Part shown: one piece after another, positions 53,907 through 64,000 of the stretch | Layout: every line of letters starts with the position of its first letter | Position numbering within the stretch: the stretch's first letter is position 1 | NCBI RefSeq assembly: GCF_902652985.1 | Contig: NC_047015.1 | Span: 372,001-436,000, forward strand | DNA from: Pecten maximus | Taxonomy: Eukaryota | Length of the DNA: 64,000 nucleotides | Reading direction: 5' to 3' | The notes under the pieces: generated by a model | Seen by the model: only the letters and a program-made list of their open reading frames with translations | Databases searched by the model: none | Told to the model about the DNA's origin: nothing | Program-made: the position numbers and the translations under genes

Positions 53907-55393
53907 AATCATTGTAAAGAATCAGTAGTAGGAAACTTTAGTTACCCACTGCCAACATGGCCGACGCCGATCCATGAAAGAAAAAAATAATGTTTCTGTT
54001 TTCATACTTGAACGGTTGTACCGACAGCCCTGTTAAAAATATTTTTGAACTGTAGCATTCAGCTGTAAGTGTTTTGAAGGGGATAAATGACGCGTGTAAA
54101 TTGTTTTGGGTAACTGAAATTATAAGTTGGTAACCGAGTCCAGTAATGTGGGTAACTGAAAAATTAAGTTGGTAACTGAATAGAAAGGAGGCAACTGTAT
54201 GTCAGCATGGAAATGATACTTCTTTACTGTACCTTGATCTACATAACCTATTTTGAGATTGGTTAAAATTTAAGCCGGACGTCCTTCAAACTTAAAATTG
54301 AGTTATCAGTAAAACATATCGCCTTTGCGAAGAATTGTCACTCCTTCACAATCATTTCAATAACCAGAATGTCACATGATCGTTCGGAGCTAGTGAGTTT
54401 TCAGTGCACATGTCATGAAAATCACTTTATAAATAAATAAATTAACAAGAAAATCACATGACAGAAGGTATATACCCATAATGCGTTTTCTCTATCCTAC
54501 TTATCGGAAAAATAAAAATACCGATAATGCGTTTTCTCTATCCTACTTATCGGAAAAATAAAATAAAGAAGTATACACGTGCACATTTTTACTTGTGTGC
54601 ACACATACATGTGCACATTTTTACTTGTGTGCACACATGTATTTAAGATACACAAGCACTTATTTGTGCAATTTTTGGGAACCTCACCCAAGATCGACAT
54701 TTATATTCACTGTGATCTTTTATTTTTAGATTAGTAATGTGCAATGTGCACTGTAAGCAAATTATAAATGACTGTACATTGTACATGTATGTTATAGAAA
54801 AATATATATTTACCAAGTGGTGTTTTAAATTGAATGACCCACATGAACACGCTTCATGGGTTTAGAAGTTCCAACTGTTTGTACAATAACCTACTTATAT
54901 ATGACCAAGAATGAAAATAGTTTATGACTTTGTTATAATTTGTGCCTAATCCTTTTTTTTTAGTTTAACAATAGATATGATTAAATCAAAATTAAATGGT
55001 GCATATGTCTAAGCTTCATTGGTTGGATCCAGAAAATACATTTTGTATTAGGGGTATCATTTTGTCACGTGATTGTCTCTTTACTTCCAAATACAGTTGG
55101 GAGGTTTCGCACAGCACATATGGAAACAAACATTCAGTTATGCACATTTTGATTTTCAATTAGCTACGGCATCGTCATGTTTGTGGTAGCCAGTTTCGCT
55201 TATCCATAGATATTTAAATGTGCACAACGCTTCAAAATTTAAGTTTATAACAAAATAGTACATGAGGCATGGGTAACAAACTTTAAAAAAGTTGTTTAGT
55301 ATGAAAACAGAGACATTAGTTACCTACCACCGTTTCAGTACAGTACAAATGTAGTACCAACATAAAGGTCTTCCGACTAGGAGCACACATGTC

Positions 55394-57053
55394 AACAAGA
55401 GGCCCAGAGGGCATGTATCACTCACCTGGTTTATTTGAGCAAACATCAAAATAATTATGTTCTATGTGTTAATAGCTATATTTGTTGATGTCTAACAATG
55501 CTATATACCGTATTTGACCTAATAAGGGCGCAGGGCGCGAGTAATTGACAGTGGGGGCGCCCTTATTAAGATTAGTTATTCTGAAGTTTTATGAAACAGA
55601 CTATACCTTATAGCAGAATACCCAAGGTTGTGGAAACGGTAAAATATTCAGTCATAAAAATATTCCAGATGAAGATATCTATTCATTATCATATATTAAG
55701 CTTAAACATCACTTGAATACTCCTGTAAACTTGTAAACCATGCCAGCTGATCTTTAGACCAGATAACGTGTGTTCCACCATTTATGTTCAAATGGAACTC
55801 TTTTGTGTTCTATTTATAGAAACAGGTGATTTCCCAGATCATATCAGACATCGTTTTCTTTGACTATATAATTGATTTACAATGTCTTTTACTAGCTTTC
55901 TGTTCTGAACAAAAGTTATTTATCAACAAGAATGAAGTCTTTACTTTATCTTCAAATAAAGATGGTAAATTATTATTTGTATGTGTGTTTAGTTTTGGGT
56001 GCTCTTTGCACTGACATGTCATCTGTAGCCTGTAGGATTATACTAGGAATACACAAAATGTGGCGAAAACATGTGTTCCAGTTACTTAATTTGCTGAAGA
56101 AAATTGAACACATAAAGTAGCAAAATAATTCACATGAATTATTACTTTTGAACACCATTTTGACACCATTTTGACACTCAGTCAAAGATTTATTTCCTTG
56201 AAAAAAGGTAGGGGCGCCCTTATTAGGGCAGGCGCCCTTATTAGGTCAAATACGGTATATATATACCATTATGAGGTGGGGATCACAACTACTTCTGAGA
56301 TAAAATCCAGAAACGAGGTCAAGATTCAACATGGTTGTGTTTAAAGAAACTATCAGTCGCTTGGGGTGGGGAAAGACCCCTGTGACTATTTTTACATTAG
56401 AAATGTGTTTTCTTGATGCACAGCAATGCTATATATGGTTATGGGGTGGGATCTGAATGGTTTCAAAGATGTTACCACTGAAATATCAATGTCATACATT
56501 GCTTAGTTCCAGAAAAGAAGTCATTGATATCAATATTGCCAAATGGACCTCTTTTGGCCCAGTCCCTGGGGGGTCAGCCTCACCATTTGTACAATTTTGA
56601 ATCTGTACACCTATGGATGCTACCAGTCAAATATGAGCGATATCCATAGCTTAGTTCCAAAGAGGAAGTTGTTTACATCAATTCAGCTGAATTGACTCCT
56701 TTGGCCCTGCCCTTCAGGCCACTAGGGGGTCAACCTCACCATTTGTACAATTTAGTATCCCTTCCCGATAAGGATGCTACCAGACAAATAGTAGCGATAT
56801 CCATCACTTAGTTTCAGAGTAGAAGTCGTTTATATCAATTAAGCTAAATTGACCCCTTTTGGCCCCATCCTCTGGCCAAGGGGGGTCAGCCCCACTATTT
56901 GTACACTTTTTAATCCCCACCCCATGATAATGCTACCTGTCAAATTTTGTTCAATTCCGATCAGCTGTTATGAAGAAGAAGTCAATTGTTGACAGACGGC
57001 TAGACGCCAGGCTATGGCATAAGCTCACCTTGGTTTTCAGACCAGGTTAGCTG
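55394..57053 (-). mobile_element. Second HINE/Helentron-type element, related to the one at 38312
   Basis: aacaagaggcccagagggc..tcactcacctgg terminus; atggcataagctcacc..ccaggttagct other end; three ~160-bp internal units. Confidence 0.8.
55508..56255. mobile_element. Tc1/mariner(pogo)-type MITE nested in the HINE
   Basis: 24-bp TIR ccgtatttgacctaataagggcgc / gcgcccttattaggtcaaatacgg, flanked by TA on both sides. Confidence 0.9.
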
Positions 57054-57269
57054 AATATGTAAGTTAAAATGTTAACATTGTATCTTGTTGCAACAAATAG
57101 AAAAATGATTATCTTCAAAAATTATCAGTCTAGGAAAAAGGAACATGCAAAAAAACCCTCTTCATCATCAGACCATTTCTTCTAACATCAACACAATCAA
57201 AAGCTATTCTCAAACCTGTTAATCAGTAAAAGTGACTGTCAAATTGCATTATAATAAATGTTAACTTAC

Positions 57270-57425
57270 CTCTAGATGTTTCATAAGTACTGCAACAACG
57301 ACATTGACCAGGACAAATTGGGCCATGAGAACAAAGATGACAAAGTAGACTGGAGCGATTATAGGACTCACACAGCAGTTGGTCAGACAAATGGCTGAGT
57401 CATCACAGTCCTCGCGTAGTGTGTC
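57270..57425 (-). CDS. Cav3: Cav3 exon: domain IV P-S6 loop and S6
   Basis: [52 protein letters not shown]; tttacag| and |GTAAGT; 156 bp. Confidence 0.97.
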
Positions 57426-57427
57426 CT

Positions 57428-59630
57428 GTAAACAACAGGACGACAATCAGTAAACAACGGGAGGACAATCAGTAAACAACAGGAAATTGACAGATAAATA
57501 ATGATAACCTGTAAACAACGGGAGGACAACCAGTAAACAACGGAGGACAATCAGAAAACAACAGGAAATTGACAAGAAAATAACAAGTGAATGATGATAA
57601 CAATTGAATAACAGAATATTAACAACCACTAAACCAAATATGTAAACAACAGGATGACATGTAAACAACAAGTAAACAACAAGTAAGCAACAGGAAAATG
57701 ACTGAGAAACAACAATAAGCTGTGAATAACAGCATGTAAACAACAGGAAATAATGATAACCTGTGAATAACAGCATGTAACCAACCAGTAAACAACAGGA
57801 AATAATGATAACCTGTGAATAACAGCATGTAACCTACCAGTAAACAATTGGAAATAATGATAACCTGTGAATAACAGCATGTAAACAACCAGTAAACAAC
57901 AGGAAAATGACAGAGAAACAATGATAACCTGTGAATAACAGCATGTAACCAACCAGTAAACAATTGGAAATAACGATAACCTGTGAATAACAGCATGTAA
58001 CCTACCAGTAAACAATTGGAAATAACGATAACCTGTGAATAACAGCATGTAACCTACCAGTAAACAATTGGAAATAACGATAACCTGTGAATAACAGCAT
58101 GTAACCAACCAGTAAACAATAGGAAAATGACAGAGAAACAATGATAACCTGTGAATAACAGCATGTAACCAACCAGTAAACAATTGGAAATAACGATAAC
58201 CTGTGAATAACAGCATGTAACCTACCAGTAAACAATTGGAAATAACGATAACCTGTGAATAACAGCATGTAACCAACCAGTAAACAATAGGAAAATGACA
58301 GAGAAACAATGATAACCTGTGAATAACAGCATGTAAACAACCAGTAAACAACAAGAAAATGACAGAAACAATGATAACCTGTGAATAACAGCATGTAAAC
58401 AACCAGTAAACAACAGGAAAATGACAGAGAAACAATGATAACCTGTGAATAACAGCATGTAAACAACCAGTAAACAACAGGAAAATGACAGAGAAACAAT
58501 GATAACCTGTGAATAACAGCATGTAAACAACCAGTAAACAACAAGAAAATGACAGAAACAATGATAACCTGTGAATAACAGCATGTAAACAACCAGTAAA
58601 CAACAGGAAAATAACAGAGAAACAATGATAACCTAGCTGTGAATAACAGCATGTAAACAACAGGAAATAACGATAACCTGTGAATAACAGCATGTAAACA
58701 ACCAGTAAACAACAGAAAAATGACAGAGAAACAATGATAACCCAGCTGTGAATAACAGCATGTAAACAACCAGTAAACAATTGGAAATAACGATAACCTG
58801 TGAATAACAGCATGTAAACAACCAGTAAACAATAGGAAAATGACAGAGAAACAATGATAACCTAGCTGTGAATAACAGCATGTAAACAACAGGAAATAAT
58901 ATGAAAATGACAGAGAAACAATGATAACCTAGCTGTGAATAACAGCATGTAACCAACAGGAAACAACAGGAAATAATGATAACCTGTGAATAACAGCATG
59001 TAACCAACAAGTAAACAACAGGAAAATGACAGAGAAACAATGATAACCTAGCTGTGAATAACAGCATGTAAACAACAGGAAATAACGATAACTTGTGAAT
59101 AACAGCATGTAACCAACAAGTAAACAACAGGAAATAACGATAACCTGTGAATAACAGCATGTAACCAACAAGTAAACAACAGGAAATAACGATAACCTGT
59201 GAATAACAGCATGTAACCAACAAGTAAACAACAGGAAAATGACAGAGAAACAATGATAACCTGTGAATAACAGCATGTAACCAACAAGTAAACAACAGGA
59301 AATAACAATAACCTGTGAATAACAGCATGTAACCAACAAGTAAACAACAGGAAATAACGATAACCTGTGAATAACAGCATGTAATCAACAAGTAAACAAC
59401 AGGAAATAACGATAACCTGTGAATAACAGCATGTAACCAACAAGTAAACAACAGGAAATAATGATAACCTGTGAATAACAGCATGTAACCAACAAGTAAA
59501 CAACAGGAAAATGACAGAGAAACAATGATAACCTGTGAATAACAGCATGTAACCAACAAGTAAACAACAGGAAATAACAATAACCTGTGAATAACAGCAT
59601 GTAACCTACCAGTAAACAACAGGAAGATGA
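57428..59630. repeat. Variable ~52-68 bp minisatellite abutting the IVS6 exon acceptor
   Basis: gataacctgtgaataacagcatgtaa..cagtaaacaacaggaaa units; gtaaacaacagga is shared with the real acceptor. Confidence 0.95.
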
Positions 59631-60374
59631 CAAATTTTGATGTTTATAGTAATTTTAGTAAAACTTACTTGAACCTGTATTCCTTGTAAAATTTATCAAA
59701 TACCCTACATTCCTCGAACTATTATTTATCTCCCTACCTTCACATAGTATTAATCCTACCTATTCATGGAACAGGTACAACACCTAACAATTTTTACCTT
59801 ATGTATGGCTGCGACAGACCTCAAGTTATTATCACTATATTATTATACAGGTGTCGGGTCAAGACCACATGTATGGCCTTGAAATTAGGTAAAGGTCATT
59901 TAAATGAGGAAACTTTATAGTTAATATACTCTGTCCTAGGTACCTACTGGCAACACATCAGGCCTCTTGGTCTTCTGGAATCAGAGAAGAAGATTCTGGA
60001 AGATTTTTATATATTTGAACCCTGTGACCTTGAAAATAAGTCAAGGCCATTGGTGATGGAAATTTCAGAGCTCTCCATAACAGGTCTTACCGGCCTAAGT
60101 TGAGTGCCAGTGGCTTTTAGAACTTGAGAAAATTTGTAAATGTATTTGTTTTTGTGAAATGAAACATGCCTCCCATCTCCCTTACTAGGAATTCAAATTT
60201 TTGAACTCAAGACTGCGTTTATCCAATGACAGATCACTGCATTAGTGGGTTGATAAAGGTAAGAGCTGAATCCCACTGGTGAAACTTCGGAAGAAGTTTG
60301 AAATGTGAGAAGTTTTCGGAAGGCTGATGGATCATGACGACCATAACTAAATTTTGTTTCTGGGTTCATGAGAA

Positions 60375-60615
60375 TTTGGTTTAGTTTGGTTTATTTTATT
60401 TAACGTCCTATTAACAGCTAAGGTCATTTAAGGACGGCCTCCCGTGCGTGCGACATGCATGCGTGTGGTGAGTGCGTATGTGTGTTTTGGGAGGCTGCGG
60501 TATGTTCGTGTTAAGTCTCCTTGTGATAGGCCGGAACTTTTGCCGATTTATAGTGCTACCTCACTGAAGCATACTGCTGAAGACACCCAGCAGGACACCC
60601 CACCCGGGCGAACCA
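60375..60615 (-). mobile_element. 5'-truncated SINE (CORE-like block), tail shared with the SINE at 45176
   Basis: Minus strand ..cagtgaggtagcactataaatcggc..gtccttaaatgaccttagctgttaataggacgttaaa followed by an (AAACC)-like tail. Confidence 0.7.
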
Positions 60616-60702
60616 GTCAATCCTGTATACAATATTATCATGAATGCACACATGCACACACAGATACAGAAAGGGAGTTTTCTATATGATGGTATATATT
60701 AC

Positions 60703-60824
60703 CTTCATGATACCATTCCAGTTGTCACCAGTAGCAACCCTGAAGAGTGTGAGGAAAGCCATCCCAAAATCACGGAAGTGTGCATGTTCTCCAAGACCCT
60801 CACAGGGATGGTTCAGTGAACACT
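60703..60824 (-). CDS. Cav3: Cav3 exon: domain IV turret and pore loop
   Basis: (E)[40 protein letters not shown]; Asp at the domain IV filter position as in EEDD T-type channels; tttacag| and |GTAATA; 122 bp, phase 1 to 0. Confidence 0.97.
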
Positions 60825-60859
60825 CTGTAAAACCAAAAGAATATCAGAAAATAGATATA

Positions 60860-62838
60860 TCATCCCTGGAGGTAATCACTAGTTTGGAGAATATTATAGA
60901 TGTATAATCTGTGGAGGTTATCACTAGTTTGGAGAATATTATAGATGTACAATCTGTGGAGGTTATCACTAGTTTGGAGAATATCATAGATGTATAATCT
61001 GTGGAGGTAATCACTAGTTTGGAGAATATTATAGATGTATAATCTGTGGAGGTAATCACTAGTTTGGAGAATATTATAGATGTACAATCTGTGGAGGTAC
61101 CCACTAGTTTGGAGAATATTATAGATGTATAATCTGTGGAGGTAATCACTAGTTTGGAGAATATTATAGATGTATAATCTGTGGAGGTAATCCCTAGTTT
61201 GGAGAATATTATAGATGTACAATCTGTGGAGGTACCCACTAGTTTGGAGAATATTATAGATGTATAATCTGTGGCGGTAATCACTAGTTTGGAGAATATT
61301 ATAGATGTACAATCTGTGGAGGTACCCGCTAGTTTGGAGAATATTATAGATGTACAATCTGTGGAGGTAATCATTAGTTTGGAGAATATTATAGATGTAC
61401 AATCTGTGGAGGTAATCACTAGCTTGGAGAATATTATAGATGTATAATCTGTCGAGGTAATCACTAGTTTGGAGAATATTATAGATGTACAATCTGTGGA
61501 GGTAATCACTAGTTTGGAGAATATTATAGATGTACAATCTGTGGAGGTAATCACTAGTTTGGAGAATATTATAGATGTATAATCTGTGGAGGTAATCACT
61601 AGTTTGGAGAATATTATAGATGTATAATCTGTGGAGGTAATCACTAGTTTGGAGAATATTATAGATGTATAATCTGTGGAGGTAATCACTAGTTTGGAGA
61701 ATATTATAGATGTATAATCTGTGGAGGTAATCACTAGTTTGGAGAATATTATAGATGTATAATCTGTCGAGGTAATCACTAGTTTGGAGAATATTATAGA
61801 TGTACAATCTGTGGAGGTAATCACTAGTTTGGAGAATATTATAGATGTATAATCTGTGGAGGTAATCACTAGTTTGGAGAATATTATAGATGTATAATCT
61901 GTGGAGGTAATCACTAGTTTGGAGAATATCATAGATGTATAATCTGTGGAGGTAATCACTAGTTTGGAGAATATTATAGATGTACAATCTGTCGAGGTAA
62001 TCACTAGTTTGGAGAATATTATAGATGTACAATCTGTCGAGGTAATCACTAGTTTGGAGAATATTATAGATGTATAATCTGTGGAGGTAATCACTAGTTT
62101 GGAGAATATTATAGATGTACAATCTGTCGAGGTAATCACTAGTTTGGAGAATATTATAGATGTATAATTTGTGGAGGTAATCACTAGTTTGGAGAATATT
62201 ATAGATGTATAATATGTCGAGGTACCCACTAGTTTGGAGAATATTATAGATGTACAATCTGTGGAGGTAATCACTAGTTTGGAGAATATTATAGATGTAT
62301 AATCTGTGGAGGTAATCACTAGTTTGGAGAATATTATAGATGTACAATCTGTCGAGGTAATCACTAGTTTGGAGAATATTATAGATGTATAATCTGTGGA
62401 GGTAATCACTAGTTTGGAGAATATTATAGATGTATAATCTGTCGAGGTAATCACTAGTTTGGAGAATATTATAGATGTATAATCTGTGGAGGTAATCACT
62501 AGTTTGGAGAATATTATAGATGTACAATCTGTCGAGGTAATCACTAGTTTGGAGAATATTATAGATGTACAATCTGTGGAGGTAATCACTAGTTTGGAGA
62601 ATATTATAGATGTATAATTTGTCGAGGTACCCACTAGTTTGGAGAATATTATAGATGTATAATCTGTGGAGGTAATCACTAGTTTGGAGAATATTATAGA
62701 TGTACAATCTGTGGAGGTAATCACTAGTTTGGAGAATATTATAGATGTACAATCTGTGGAGGTAATCACTAGTTTGGAGAATATTATAGATGTATAATCT
62801 GTCGAGGTACCCACTAGTTTGGAGAATATCATCGATGA
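60860..62838. repeat. Homogeneous 45-bp minisatellite (~44 copies) filling a Cav3 intron
   Basis: ggtaatcactagtttggagaatattatagatgtataatctgtgga units. Confidence 0.97.
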
Positions 62839-62899
62839 CAATATTTACACCAAAGTTCCAATCAAAAATAATGTATCATAATGTATATAAAAGTCCTAC

Positions 62900-63049
62900 C
62901 TAGTCGGCCAAACAACTCCACTCCAAGGGCAGCAAAAATGAAGAAAAGGAGGAAGAAGAGAAGACCTAGATTGCCAACCTGTGGAAGGGCCTGTATGACA
63001 GTGTCAAGCAGGGCACGAATACTTTTGGCCATTTTCAGCAACTTCAGCA
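62900..63049 (-). CDS. Cav3: Cav3 exon: end of IVS4, S4-S5 linker and IVS5
   Basis: (V)[49 protein letters not shown]; tttcag| and |GTAGGA; 150 bp, phase 1-1. Confidence 0.97.
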
Positions 63050-63090
63050 CTGAAACAGAAGTAAGCATATTATATAAGCCTAAATATATA

Positions 63091-64000
63091 ACCCTCATTA
63101 CACAGATGATGGTAGGAGTGTTGGTACCCCTGACTATGTGGAGAACCCTCATTACACAGATGATGGTAGGAGTGTTGGTTACGTACCCCTGACTATGTGG
63201 AGAACCCTCATTACACAGATGATGGTAGGAGTGTTGGTTACGTACCCCTGACTATGTGGAGAACCCTCATTACACAGATGATGGTAGGAGTGTTGGTACC
63301 CCTGACTATGTGGAGAACCCTCATTACACAGATGATGGTAGGAGTGTTGGTTACGTACCCCTGACTATGTGGCGAACCCTCATTACACAGATGATGGTAG
63401 GAGTGTTGGTACCCCTGACTATGTGGAGAACCCTCATTACACAGATGATGGTAGGAGTGTTGGTTACGTACCCCTGACTATGTGGAGAACCCTCATTACA
63501 CAGATGATGGTAGGAGTGTTGGTACCCCTGACTATGTGGAGAACCCTCATTACACAGATGATGGTAGGAGTGTTGGTTATGTACCCCTGACTATGTGGAG
63601 AACCCTCATTACACAGATGATGGTAGGAGGGTTGGTTATGTACCCCTGACTATGTGGAGAACCCTCATTACACAGATGATGGTAGGAGTGTTGGTTACGT
63701 ACCCCTGACTATGTGGAGAACCCTCATTACACAGATGATGGTAGGAGTGTTGGTACCCCTGACTATGTGGAGAACCCTCATTACACAGATGATGGTAGGA
63801 GGGTTGGTTATGTACCCCTGACTATGTGGAGAACCCTCATTACACAGATGATGGTAGGAGTGTTGGTTACTTACCCCTGACTATGTGGAGAACCCTCATT
63901 ACACAGATGATGGTAGGAGGGTTGGTTATGTACCCCTGACTATGTGGCGAACCCTCATTACACAGATGATGGTAGGAGTGTTGGTACCCCTGACTATGTG
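63091..64000 (-). repeat. 54/59-bp tandem array derived from the Cav3 IVS4 exon end plus donor site
   Basis: Unit translates [15 protein letters not shown] versus the Cav3 consensus PTIIR(I/V)MRVLRIAR-V, followed by GTAAGT/GTACGT/GTACAT/GTACCA. Confidence 0.9.

Noticed and set aside
53544-53912. Pro/Thr-rich 122-aa ORF
   Set aside because: Translation of the GGTCTGTA satellite edge.
57447-59633. Hydrophobic 100-390 aa ORFs resembling membrane proteins
   Set aside because: Products of the T-rich strand of a tandem repeat, open in all three frames, inside a Cav3 intron.
60844-62841. 665-aa and 630-aa repeat ORFs as genes
   Set aside because: 45-bp VNTR bounded by well-defined Cav3 splice sites; no unique domain or gene context.
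62862-63152. ORF-track reading [21 protein letters not shown]... as genuine IVS4 contiguous with the exon
   Set aside because: These are intronic repeat copies with R>C and R>H changes; the exon starts at the tttcag acceptor (63049).

Overview
AT-rich eukaryotic DNA, most likely molluscan and probably bivalve (inferred from Helentron/HINE-type elements, the SINE types and an invertebrate-type Cav3 protein). The left ~25 kb is a nest of decayed transposons: a Tx1/L1 LINE, a CR1/L2-group LINE with a 2A-like motif, Gypsy remnants and solo LTRs, an RNase H-bearing I/Nimb-type LINE split by an 8-bp-TSD DNA element, MITEs and a twister-ribozyme-like motif. From ~32.4 kb to the right end, the minus strand carries the 3' part of a T-type voltage-gated calcium channel gene (Cav3, CACNA1G/H/I family). 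I reconstructed seven exons by hand with GT-AG sites and consistent phases, running from the end of domain IV S4 through S5, the pore loop (TGDNW), S6 and the C-terminus. Most Cav3 introns are filled by their own tandem array that runs close to an exon boundary. Several repeat units are copies of the adjacent splice junction; one array is made of the IVS4 voltage-sensor exon end plus its donor site. Two phase-0 acidic exons after IVS6 look like alternative or mutually exclusive versions of each other.
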